From a candidate division LCP-89 bacterium B3_LCP (GTDB lineage Bacteria; Electryoneota; B3-LCP), in assembly GCA_005223185.1 (NCBI GenBank), contig NJBN01000002.1, forward strand, positions 11,118 through 75,117: a stretch of 64,000 bases of DNA, in the 5' to 3' direction. Both the position numbers and the translations under genes were made by a program. Positions within the stretch are counted from its first letter, which is position 1. Every line of letters begins with the position of its first letter. Of the stretch, positions 1 to 9,353 are shown piece after piece. The notes under the pieces are model-generated. The model was not told the DNA's origin. It saw nothing but the letters and a program-made list of their open reading frames with translations, and did not search any database.

Positions 1-100
1 GGCGCTGGAGTACTTGAGAGATCAAATAGGTACGGGTGAAAAGAGTAAGAGAAGCTAAAGTGAAGTGAATATAAATTCGTCGGTAAAAGGAGATCTTCAA

Positions 101-838
101 ATGAATGAAAGTAACGATACACCAGAAGTAACTATCACGCAGGAAGAGAAACCCCATCTATCACCGCTTCAACGCCTGATCGGTGTTTTCAGCGCACCGA
201 AGCAGACGCTGGAAGACATCGCCATTCGTCCATCATGGGTACTGCCTTTTATCCTGACAATTGTTATTACTATAGGGGCAACACACGTTCTGCGTGAAGC
301 CATAGTCGCCGATTTCAAGACGAGTCCCGCGTACGACAAGCTGATGGAGAACGACCAGCTCACTGTAGAGCAGGTGGAACGGGCACGCGACATGCAGATT
401 ACGGGAATGAGGAATTTCGCGGCAATTGGTGGGGGAATAGCTACCGTTCTGGCGATATTTGTGGTTGCGGCTATACTGCTTTTTGTCGGTAATGTCGTAT
501 TAGGAGGTACCGGCTACTTCAAGCAGACGCTGGCGATATTCTGCTGGAGCGGTCTTATCGGCACTTTAGGTTATATCCTCCAGGTCCCAATTTCACTGCA
601 GAAGCTGAGCATGAAGGTGTATTTCAGTCCGGCAGCGTTTATGTCAGCAGAAATGGAGGAAACGGCTCTATTTAAGATCGCCGCTGCACTGGACGTCTTC
701 GTGATATGGCGCATTATAGTGTTGGCAATGGGTTTCGCTGCTATCTATAAGTTCAGCATGAACAAGTCACTTGCTGCGCTGGGTGGTCTCTACGCGCTGT
801 TCGTCCTCATCGTAGTTGTTTCCGGGGGATTGTTTTAA
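101..838 (+). CDS. Yip1/YIP1-family membrane protein
   Basis: ATG at 101 after AGGAG. N-terminal 'GVFSAPKQTLEDIAIRPSW' and about five TM helices. First gene of the exporter operon. Confidence 0.75.
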   Translation: MNESNDTPEVTITQEEKPHLSPLQRLIGVFSAPKQTLEDIAIRPSWVLPFILTIVITIGATHVLREAIVADFKTSPAYDKLMENDQLTVEQVERARDMQITGMRNFAAIGGGIATVLAIFVVAAILLFVGNVVLGGTGYFKQTLAIFCWSGLIGTLGYILQVPISLQKLSMKVYFSPAAFMSAEMEETALFKIAAALDVFVIWRIIVLAMGFAAIYKFSMNKSLAALGGLYALFVLIVVVSGGLF

Positions 839-959
839 GCCGGTGCGTGGCATATCCTTTGCTTTAATTGCGCACCAGATGATCTGTCACGCACAGATGG
901 GATGATTTTCCAACCTAAAGAGTAGCAATACGATACAAAAACGATTTCTGGAGAAGGAA

Positions 960-2423
960 ATGAGTATAAAACAGGTTATTAACGCTTTTACAATCACGGT
1001 ACTACTGGTTTCAATATCAGTCGGCGGGGAACGCGAAAATTTGGAGACGCCGCTTATAAACTCAGCCGAACTTCTGACTCCAGACGATCTATTCGAGATG
1101 GCTCTGAAGTATAACCCCGATCATCAGATATTTATTCAGAATGCTTCTCTGTCAGGTGCGAATTTGAGAAGCGCCTGGGGAACGCTAATGCCTTCTTTAG
1201 ACGTAAATTTCCAGCTCAGCCGATCCGAATATTATAACCCCTCTTACGTCGAAGCGAATGGATCGGTGGCGGCTTACCCGATAACTGAGCAGGGTTACGC
1301 TATGACCATCGATACGCTGGCAAACGGGCATATAGTAGTCGGATTCGATCCCAATTCACCGACTGCGATAACCTATGGCGTTCCGCAAGGCAAATCATCA
1401 GCTTCATATGGGTGGGCAAACCTGAGGGAGACAATAAACTTAGGCGGTCAGCAGTATTATACTATCAAGAACGCCGGACTTCAAAATGATATGAACGAAC
1501 TCCAGGTGGCTGCATCCAAGCAGGGTCTGCAGTACAGTGTCAAACAGAACTATTACACCGTGTTGGCACAGAAGAAACTGTTCGATCTAACCCTGAAAGT
1601 CCTGCAGCAGAAACAGGAACAACTCCATTTAGCACAAGCTCGATATGAAGTCGGATCTGTCACAGAATTGGACGTCCTGCAAGCGGAAATAGACGTGGGG
1701 AATCAGGAGAATGCCGTTATCGAAGCGGAAAACAGCCTGAAGTTAGCGCGTGAAGAATTGAATCGAGTTCTGGGTATCGACCTGAATTCGGAATATTCGT
1801 TGGCAGAGGAATTCAGCATATTCAACCCTGACTTCGATCTGGTAACCCTCAGTGCACAAGCCGTTACCGCCCGACCTGATTTTTTAGTTTATCAGAAACA
1901 GGAGATTTACAGTAACAACAGTGTCAAAATCAACCGTGGCGAATTCCTCCCTGATTTGAGCGCCTCATTTTCGCACACAAGGTCGCAGAATTCCGGCAAG
2001 GACATGGATTTTACCTTGAATCCCCGCAATAAGAACACCTCACTTTCGTTGACATTATCATGGAATTTGTTTTCCGGTTTTGCGGATGAGGCTAATTACC
2101 AGGGCAGTAGAGTGGCTCTACGTAATGCTCAATTTGACCGCAAGAAGCAGGAACAACTGATCGATCAGGAAGTACGCCAGGCGTATTATAATCTAGTCCA
2201 AACTTATGAACAATCGCGTGTCACTGAGAAGAATCGGGAATTAGCTTCACGGCAACTGGCATTAGAACGGGAACGATACCGTTTGGGTGCTTCGTCTCAG
2301 TTGAACCTGCGCATTGCACAGATTACCTTTGAACAGGCTGAGGTGGACTACATTTCGAGTATTTTTAATTTCTGGTCCAATTTAGCAGCTTTAGAACGTG
2401 CAGTGGGAAGTAAACTCAATTGA
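960..2423 (+). CDS. TolC-family outer membrane efflux protein
   Basis: Signal peptide; two OEP-like repeats ('ARYEVGSVTELDVLQAE', 'ERYRLGASSQLNL'). Confidence 0.9.
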   Translation: MSIKQVINAFTITVLLVSISVGGERENLETPLINSAELLTPDDLFEMALKYNPDHQIFIQNASLSGANLRSAWGTLMPSLDVNFQLSRSEYYNPSYVEANGSVAAYPITEQGYAMTIDTLANGHIVVGFDPNSPTAITYGVPQGKSSASYGWANLRETINLGGQQYYTIKNAGLQNDMNELQVAASKQGLQYSVKQNYYTVLAQKKLFDLTLKVLQQKQEQLHLAQARYEVGSVTELDVLQAEIDVGNQENAVIEAENSLKLAREELNRVLGIDLNSEYSLAEEFSIFNPDFDLVTLSAQAVTARPDFLVYQKQEIYSNNSVKINRGEFLPDLSASFSHTRSQNSGKDMDFTLNPRNKNTSLSLTLSWNLFSGFADEANYQGSRVALRNAQFDRKKQEQLIDQEVRQAYYNLVQTYEQSRVTEKNRELASRQLALERERYRLGASSQLNLRIAQITFEQAEVDYISSIFNFWSNLAALERAVGSKLN

Positions 2424-2469
2424 GAAACATTTAAGAAGATAAAAATTAAGCTTAATCAGAGAGTATTAA

Positions 2470-3756
2470 ATGGCTAATAAGAAAAAAAGGCGCTGGTTGA
2501 AGATCCTCATTATTGTCGGTGTGATCTGTATAATCGGCGTATTTGTCGCTGTGAATATGTCTAAGAATAGGGACCGGTCAACAGAAGTGATGGTTAAGAA
2601 AACCAAGCGCGGCAGGTTGGTGGAGACCATCCCGGGAACGGGGCGAGTACAGCCTGAGGTTCAGGTGAATATCTCGGCTAACGTTTCCGGCAAAATAACC
2701 GGTCTTTTTGTAGAAGAAGGCGAATTCGCGCATAAGGGCGATCTGCTGATAACGCTGGATAAGGAACGCTACAGCGCCGTGGTGGAACAAGCGGAATCAG
2801 GATTGAAGTCCGCACAGGCAGCTCTGAAAAAGTCCCGCAGTGAACTGAAGAGGACGAGCCAGCTCTTCAAACAGGGAGGGGCGTCAGAGGCTGATCGTGA
2901 ATCAGCGGAAGCTGATTTACAATACAGAAACGCTGAAGTGGAAAGTAGCAAAGCTTACTTGAAACAGGCGAATGACGATTATAATAAGACGTCCATTTAT
3001 TCACCTATGGATGGGATCGTCTCCATAATTTACAAAGAGTTAGGTGAAATGGCTTTGGGCGCTCAGTATCAACAGGACATCATATTGATCGTCGCTGACT
3101 TGAGCAAAATGGAAGTGGAAGTTGAGGTTGATGAGAGCGACATAATCAACGTGAGTCTCTCAGATACGGCAAAAGTTGATATAGACGCTTATCCCGATAC
3201 AACCTTCCGAGGTGTTGTGCGAGAGATTGCTCATACAGCCACCACCCGCGGATTGGGCACGTCTGAAGAGATGACCAACTTTGAAGTCAACATAACGCTT
3301 TTAGATGTTCCCGCAAGCCTGCGTCCGGGGATGTCAGCAACAGCGGACATTATCACGGAAGTGCGTGAAGACGCACTTTACCTTCCTATTCAGTGCGTGG
3401 TATTGAAGTACCCCTTAAAGGAAGAGAAGTCTGGTGAAGAGGAAGCTGAAGAGTCTCAAGCGACGGAGAATACTACTTCCGAAGATGAGATGGACGAGGA
3501 CGAAACAGAAAAAGAGATGATCGAAGTTGTATTCCGCGTGGAAGAGGGGACGGCGAAGCAGGTAGCAGTCGCAACGGGCATTTCCAGCGATACGGATATT
3601 GAAATTATCTCTGGTTTGGAAGAGGGTGATAAGATCGTAAGTGGTCCTTTCAGAACTCTGAGCCAACGTTTGGAAGATGGTGACAGCGTCAAAGAGAAAA
3701 AGCGATCTGATAGAAAGAGAGATAGTAACAGCGAAGATACCTCCGATGATGAATAG
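2470..3756 (+). CDS. MacA-like efflux periplasmic adaptor subunit
   Basis: N-terminal TM anchor, '[11 protein letters not shown]', coiled hairpin, '[11 protein letters not shown]', '[10 protein letters not shown]'. Confidence 0.9.
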   Translation: MANKKKRRWLKILIIVGVICIIGVFVAVNMSKNRDRSTEVMVKKTKRGRLVETIPGTGRVQPEVQVNISANVSGKITGLFVEEGEFAHKGDLLITLDKERYSAVVEQAESGLKSAQAALKKSRSELKRTSQLFKQGGASEADRESAEADLQYRNAEVESSKAYLKQANDDYNKTSIYSPMDGIVSIIYKELGEMALGAQYQQDIILIVADLSKMEVEVEVDESDIINVSLSDTAKVDIDAYPDTTFRGVVREIAHTATTRGLGTSEEMTNFEVNITLLDVPASLRPGMSATADIITEVREDALYLPIQCVVLKYPLKEEKSGEEEAEESQATENTTSEDEMDEDETEKEMIEVVFRVEEGTAKQVAVATGISSDTDIEIISGLEEGDKIVSGPFRTLSQRLEDGDSVKEKKRSDRKRDSNSEDTSDDE

Positions 3757-4477
3757 TAATATAGAAACAAGTAAACCAGGTGACGCCTCGTTAATTCACT
3801 TCAAGGACGTTGACAGGACTTATCAGGTGGGTCAGATAAAGGTACCTGCTTTACGCCAGATCAATATGGACATTGTCAGGGGTGAATACGTAGCTATCAT
3901 GGGTCCTTCGGGATCAGGCAAGAGCACGTTGATGAACCTGATTGGCTGCCTTGATACCCTAACCTCGGGGGAATACTGGCTAAGCGGTGATGACGTATCG
4001 AAATTGACAGATAATGAACTGGCTCACATACGCAACCGGCGTGTGGGATTCGTATTTCAGACGTTTAACCTGCTGCCGCGTGCCAATGCATTTCGTAACG
4101 TTGAGCTGCCGCTGATATACGCCGGGATTACTCCGCGGAAGCGTAAGGACATGGCGCTGAAAGCGTTGGAATCTGTGGGTCTATCTGACAGGATCAATCA
4201 CAAACCAACCGAACTTTCCGGTGGACAACGACAGCGGGTTGCCATAGCCAGAGCTTTAGTGAACAACCCATCCATAATCTTAGCTGATGAACCTACCGGT
4301 AACTTAGACAGCGCCACCGGTGAAGAGATATTACAGTTGTTCACTGATCTGCACGCTGCTGGAAATACCATGATAGTGGTGACTCATGAGGAATCGGTGG
4401 CAGCCCGAGCGGCGCGGGTGGTAAGATTGTTGGATGGCAGGATTGTGTCAGATACGTTGAACAGCCATTCTGATTGA
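3746..4477 (+). CDS. ABC transporter ATP-binding protein (MacB/LolD type)
   Basis: Walker [29 protein letters not shown]. The start at 3746 is inferred. Confidence 0.95.
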   Translation: MMNSNIETSKPGDASLIHFKDVDRTYQVGQIKVPALRQINMDIVRGEYVAIMGPSGSGKSTLMNLIGCLDTLTSGEYWLSGDDVSKLTDNELAHIRNRRVGFVFQTFNLLPRANAFRNVELPLIYAGITPRKRKDMALKALESVGLSDRINHKPTELSGGQRQRVAIARALVNNPSIILADEPTGNLDSATGEEILQLFTDLHAAGNTMIVVTHEESVAARAARVVRLLDGRIVSDTLNSHSD

Positions 4478-4515
4478 TATGTTCACGGAGCAGTACTATT
4501 CAGTTTTATGCGACA

Positions 4516-5739
4516 ATGAAAACCTTACTCTGGGATATAGTTGAAGCTGCCGGTATCGCTTTTGATGCTCTAAGGGCAAACAAGGTAAGGTCCGTACTGG
4601 CAACGTTGGGTATCGTCATCGGTGTGATGACGGTGGTCCTGATGGTTACGATCGTGGCTGGTTTGAACCAGTCATTTGAGCGTCAACTGCGCGTAATCGG
4701 ATCGGGCACCGTTTATATCCAGCGCTATCCCTGGATTGTGAATGACGATTACTACATTTACAGAAATCGCCCCCGCCTGAAACGCAAAGATTTCGAATTT
4801 GTTAAGGAATATTGTCAGAATGCCAGTGCGGTAGCTCCGAATGGGGAGACGATGCGATCTGTCGCTTATGGATCGGAGGTTCTAAAGCGTGTCTATATTT
4901 TGGGCACTAATGAAGATTACATTGAGACCTCAGATACCATGCCGGAGGTGGGCCGCTTCATTTCGGCAATCGATGCTTCAGCTAACCGGGATGTGGCTGT
5001 TATTGGAAAAACAGTGGCTGACAAGCTCTTGGAGAAACGTAATCCCATCGGACAACGAATTCGCATAGGACCGCACGGGTACAAAGTTATCGGGGTGTTG
5101 GAAGAGCAAGGCACTGTTTTCGGTTTCAGTCTGGATAATCAAATAATAATTCCATTGGGATCGATGCTGAAGCACTTCGGGCGGCGAAGGGATATCTCCA
5201 TCGTCGTAAAAGCCAAAGACCCTGCTGCAATTGACGAACTCAAGAATGAATTGATCGGTATAATGCGGAGATCCCGTGGACTAACGCCTGGTGAAAAGGA
5301 CGACTTTTCCATCAACGAGCAGGGGCAGTTGATGGATCTATACACTCAACTTACTTCGGGTATTTATGGGGCGGGTATAATCATCGGGGGGATCTCATTG
5401 TTAGTCGGCGGAATTGGTATTATGAACATCATGCTGGTTTCCGTAACTGAGAGGACGCATGAGATCGGAATTCGTAAGGCGTTGGGAGCCCGGAGAGGTC
5501 AGATTTTACGGCAATTTCTGATCGAATCAGCGCTGATATGTTCTGTTGGAGGGATTATCGGCATTGGGTTAGCCTGGGCTGGAGGACGCCTCATCGAACA
5601 ATGGCTTCCCGTATCCATGCCTCTCTCGGTGATAATCGGCGGTACGCTTTTCGCCGCTTTCATCGGAATCTTCTTCGGTCTTTTCCCCGCTGCAAAAGCC
5701 GCGAAATTGGATCCAATCATAGCCCTCCATAGAGAATAA
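4516..5739 (+). CDS. ABC transporter permease (MacB/FtsX type)
   Basis: 'RSVLATLGIVIGV', 'GGIGIMNIMLVSVTERTHEIGIRKALGA', 'PAAKAAKLDPI'. Confidence 0.95.
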   Translation: MKTLLWDIVEAAGIAFDALRANKVRSVLATLGIVIGVMTVVLMVTIVAGLNQSFERQLRVIGSGTVYIQRYPWIVNDDYYIYRNRPRLKRKDFEFVKEYCQNASAVAPNGETMRSVAYGSEVLKRVYILGTNEDYIETSDTMPEVGRFISAIDASANRDVAVIGKTVADKLLEKRNPIGQRIRIGPHGYKVIGVLEEQGTVFGFSLDNQIIIPLGSMLKHFGRRRDISIVVKAKDPAAIDELKNELIGIMRRSRGLTPGEKDDFSINEQGQLMDLYTQLTSGIYGAGIIIGGISLLVGGIGIMNIMLVSVTERTHEIGIRKALGARRGQILRQFLIESALICSVGGIIGIGLAWAGGRLIEQWLPVSMPLSVIIGGTLFAAFIGIFFGLFPAAKAAKLDPIIALHRE

Positions 5740-5931
5740 CCTTCTTAAAATCCTCCCAAAGAGTTGACCCAGCTCACTGAATATGGGATTCCTTATGATT
5801 ACCTTCCCTCCTGAAACCTGATTGCTCATTCTAAATAACATAAAAATATCTTGACTAAATCTTACTTTATCCTTACTTTAAGTTGATATTTAGATAAGCT
5901 AGATCACGAAATAACAGGTGGAGAACGTTCG

Positions 5932-6843
5932 ATGCTGACGCGTCGATTTAAACTGATATACCTCTCCGGAGGCACTTCAAAAAAATGCGAATTCGACTTC
6001 AGTAAGAGGTTATTCCTACTCTCGTTTGTCGCTTTCACCACAGCTTTTTTCCTGCTCAGTGTGGTCGTTGGTGGGCTGCTTTTCAACAGGCACAGCGCCG
6101 GGCAGATAGCCTCGCTGGAATTTAAGAATTCCGCTCTGGATGCGAAACTCAACCAGGCGGACGACCGCTTTGAGGAATTGCAGGGGAAAGTCGAACTGTT
6201 AGCCCAGAACGGCAATGATTTAAGGTTATATACCAACCTGCCCGTTCTTGATCCTGAAATTCAGCAGATGGGAATCGGCGGGTCGTTACCTTATCATGAA
6301 TCAATCAACACTGGCGCTGAGGGACTTTTAGCGAAGATCGAACAGCTTGACAGGCAGATAAATTTGCAGGAGAATTCACTTCAGCAGGTTAGAGAAGAGA
6401 TAGAAGAACAAGCAGAGTATTTACGGACTGTACCATCTATTAGACCTACCAACATCGGTGCTTTCAGTTCACTGTATGGACGGCGGCGTGATCCTTTTAC
6501 CGGTCAGTGGGAGCCTCACATGGGGGTAGATATTTGTGCACCTACCGGCACACCGGTTTACTGCACTGCTGACGGCACTGTCCTTCACACCAGCAGACAG
6601 CCTGGTTTTGGTAAGGTGCTGGTGGTGGATCACGGGAATGGATACCGTACCCTGTATGCTCACCTTCACCGCTTCCGCTCCGTCAAAGGACAGAAGGTGG
6701 AACGGGGAGAGCTGATCGCCGAATTGGGCAATACCGGAAGATCTACCGGACCGCATCTGCATTATGAAGTGCTCAAGGACAAACGTTATCAGAATCCTTT
6801 AGATTACATGTTCGATGGTTACGCTATGGCGCGTTTACCTTGA
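5932..6843 (+). CDS. M23-family metallopeptidase with N-terminal TM and coiled coil
   Basis: HMGVD (HxxxD), 'YAHL', 'GRSTGPHLHYEV'. Confidence 0.92.
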   Translation: MLTRRFKLIYLSGGTSKKCEFDFSKRLFLLSFVAFTTAFFLLSVVVGGLLFNRHSAGQIASLEFKNSALDAKLNQADDRFEELQGKVELLAQNGNDLRLYTNLPVLDPEIQQMGIGGSLPYHESINTGAEGLLAKIEQLDRQINLQENSLQQVREEIEEQAEYLRTVPSIRPTNIGAFSSLYGRRRDPFTGQWEPHMGVDICAPTGTPVYCTADGTVLHTSRQPGFGKVLVVDHGNGYRTLYAHLHRFRSVKGQKVERGELIAELGNTGRSTGPHLHYEVLKDKRYQNPLDYMFDGYAMARLP

Positions 6844-6865
6844 TAGACAGATAGATTTGTAACTC

Positions 6866-6892
6866 AAAACGCCGATTTTATCGGCGTTTTTT
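6866..6892 (+). terminator. Rho-independent terminator
   Basis: aaaacgccgat-ttt-atcggcgtttttt after the M23 gene. Confidence 0.85.
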
Positions 6893-6916
6893 GTTTTTAT
6901 ATCCCACTTGATCTAC

Positions 6917-7060
6917 GCACGAATGAATTCGTACGCCCAAATCTTAGGCAAAGTCGCTGAAGCGACTGAGTGAATAGAGCTTATTGAATTTATTCAATTG
7001 GATCTACAAATTGAGCACCGGAACTTTCCCGAAGGGATCCCTATGGGATAGTCCGGTGCA
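6917..7060. repeat. REP-like composite repeat (gcacgaatgaattcgt / aaagtcgctgaagcgact / gcaccggaactt..agtccggtgc)
   Basis: The same order of palindromes recurs at about 48427-48480 and 51170-51322. Confidence 0.75.
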
Positions 7061-7169
7061 TATAAACGGAATTTTTCAGCCATAAATTTCGACACTAAAA
7101 AGACCTTGCATCCGGCGCTATTTTTACGTATATTTTCAAGATAGATCAATATGATATAGGAAATTTAAC

Positions 7170-8465
7170 ATGACACAGTTAAGCCAGGCTAAAGAAGGGA
7201 TCATCACCGAAGAGATGCGTGAAGTAGCCGGGCAGGAAAATATGGATGCTGAAACTTTGCGGCAAAAAATCGCTGCAGGGCACGTGGTCATCCCCAAGAA
7301 TCATGCCCGGGATTTCTTCATTAAGGGGATCGGCTCAGGTCTGACTACCAAGGTTAACGCCAATATAGGGACTTCTCCGGAACACTACGATATAGACGAA
7401 GAGATCAAGAAACTGCAAGTTGCCATGGCTTCAGGCGTTGACAGCGTTATGGACTTATCAACTGGTGGAGATCTGGACGCTATCCGCAAGGCGATACTGG
7501 AGCATTCCTGCGTGATGGTCGGCACGGTGCCTATCTACGGTGCGGCGGCGCGCTTGCTGCAACAGGACAAAGAACTGGTGCAGATGAAAGCGGAAGGTCT
7601 TTTCGAGGAGATCGAAAGGCAGTGCGAACAGGGAATTGATTACATAACCGTACACTGTGGAGTTACCCAACGGGTGCTGGAAATGCTGGAAAACACGCCG
7701 CGTGTTGCTGGCATGGTCAGCAGAGGGGGATCTATTTTAGCCCTCTGGATGAAACATTACGGCAAGGAAAACCCTCTGTACGAACAGTATGACAGGCTAT
7801 TGGACATCGTCTTTAAGTATGACGTCACACTCTCGCTGGGTGACGGCTTGCGACCCGGCGCTATAGCAGACGCCGGTGACCGTCCTCAAATTGAAGAGTT
7901 AGTGGTGTTGGGTGATCTGGCGAGGCGCGCTCGTTCAAGGGGTGTTCAGGTGATGATCGAGGGTCCCGGACACGTTCCACTTCAGGATATAAAATCGCAC
8001 ATACAGATGGAGAAAACAGTCTGTGACGGCGCTCCTTTCTACGTCTTAGGACCGTTGACCACGGACATAGCGCCGGGATACGATCACATCACTTCAGCTA
8101 TAGGCGGCGCTATCGCAGCGGCTGAAGGCGCTGATTTTCTCTGCTACGTAACGCCTGCTGAACATCTGCGTCTGCCGACATTGCCTGAGGTTCGCGAAGG
8201 AGTTTATGCGGCTCGCATCGCGGCTCATTCTGGCGACATAGCCAAGGGCGTACCCGGGGCGACAAATAGAGACCTGCAGATGTCGCAGTACAGACGTGCG
8301 TTAAACTGGGAAGGCATGTACGAGCAAGCTTTAGATTCCGAATTAGCCAGATCGAAAAGGCGGGACAGCGAAGCTTATGACCAGATTATCTGCACCATGT
8401 GCGGAAAGCTCTGTTCGATAAATATGGGAAAAACGGACGACGAAAAGGAGGATGAGGAGGTCTAA
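7170..8465 (+). CDS. thiC: Phosphomethylpyrimidine synthase ThiC (short form)
   Basis: '[10 protein letters not shown]', 'MDLSTGG', 'SRGGS', '[10 protein letters not shown]', 'EGPGH', '[10 protein letters not shown]', C-terminal CTMCGKLC. Confidence 0.88.
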   Translation: MTQLSQAKEGIITEEMREVAGQENMDAETLRQKIAAGHVVIPKNHARDFFIKGIGSGLTTKVNANIGTSPEHYDIDEEIKKLQVAMASGVDSVMDLSTGGDLDAIRKAILEHSCVMVGTVPIYGAAARLLQQDKELVQMKAEGLFEEIERQCEQGIDYITVHCGVTQRVLEMLENTPRVAGMVSRGGSILALWMKHYGKENPLYEQYDRLLDIVFKYDVTLSLGDGLRPGAIADAGDRPQIEELVVLGDLARRARSRGVQVMIEGPGHVPLQDIKSHIQMEKTVCDGAPFYVLGPLTTDIAPGYDHITSAIGGAIAAAEGADFLCYVTPAEHLRLPTLPEVREGVYAARIAAHSGDIAKGVPGATNRDLQMSQYRRALNWEGMYEQALDSELARSKRRDSEAYDQIICTMCGKLCSINMGKTDDEKEDEEV

Positions 8466-8508
8466 TGCAAACCGTCAAGAACTCAATTTCGCCGTATAGG
8501 TATAAAAT

Positions 8509-9066
8509 ATGACTGAAAATAACTCCATAAATTTTCAAAGAGAACCGTTGCTCACCGAGACAGAAATCAAAGTACGTATGGCGGAGATGGTTCTTGAAAT
8601 AGCACGTGATCTTCAACATGAAGAGCTGACTGTAATAGGCATTTTACGCGGCAGCTTCATGTTCATGGCGGATCTAGTTCGCCTTCTATACGTCAACGAT
8701 ATTCACCCCTTGATAGACTTCGTCTTCGTCACCAGCTACGAAGGCACCGAATCCACCGGACATTTGAATTTACTGCGAGATATGTCGTTAGACGTCAAAG
8801 ACCGAAAAGTGTTAATAGTCGATGACATATTGGATACCGGTAGAACGCTTAAGTTCACCAAGGAATATATTATCGAGCGAGAAGCGATGGAAGTAAGCAC
8901 CTGCGTACTGTTGGACAAACCATCGCGAAGAACCGTACCGATAAATGCTGATTATGTCGGTTTTTCGATCAATGACGTCTTTGTTGTTGGCTATGGATTG
9001 GACTATAACGGTAGGTACAGAGACTTGCCCTATTTAGGGGTTATCGATTGTGTAGAAGTTGAGTAA
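8509..9066 (+). CDS. hpt: Hypoxanthine phosphoribosyltransferase
   Basis: 'ILRGSFMFMADL', PRPP motif 'VLIVDDILDTGRTL', 'FVVGYGLDY..YRDLP'. Confidence 0.92.
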   Translation: MTENNSINFQREPLLTETEIKVRMAEMVLEIARDLQHEELTVIGILRGSFMFMADLVRLLYVNDIHPLIDFVFVTSYEGTESTGHLNLLRDMSLDVKDRKVLIVDDILDTGRTLKFTKEYIIEREAMEVSTCVLLDKPSRRTVPINADYVGFSINDVFVVGYGLDYNGRYRDLPYLGVIDCVEVE

Positions 9067-9083
9067 TCGTACCTCTGTCGAAA

Positions 9084-9152
9084 CCGGGACATCCCCGGAG
9101 GGGCTCTCCTTAGGAGTCCTACGGACCTATGGAGCAAGCTGTTCCAGCCACC
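9084..9152. repeat. ccgggacatc..agctgtcccggccacc palindrome family copy carrying a nested double-hairpin insert
   Basis: Homologous to 49108-49157 and to the insert-free copy at about 13976-14002 (minus strand). Confidence 0.7.
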
Positions 9153-9174
9153 TAACCAGTGCAAAAAATTTCGC

Positions 9175-9203
9175 TTGACTTTCTGCTTTTTATTTTTTAT
9201 ACT
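9175..9203 (+). promoter_or_regulatory. sigma70-type promoter
   Basis: TTGACT-17 nt-TATACT upstream of the gene at 9354. Confidence 0.65.
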
Positions 9204-9353
9204 CTGACCAATACACTCACTTGAACTTGCCCTGAAACACACCTGAATTAACCAGCTTTACAACCCCTCACTGCTCTTCTTTGATACGGGGATGAAACAG
9301 TATCAGTATCATTGACTGAACACTACATTATCCATTAAAGACGGAGGAGTAAA

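Noticed and set aside
6947-6975. ggcaaagtcgctgaagcgactgag resembling the P2 arm of a c-di-GMP-I riboswitch
   Set aside because: No GAAA loop or GACGCAAA follow-on, and the motif recurs inside REP composites at about 48460 and 51209.
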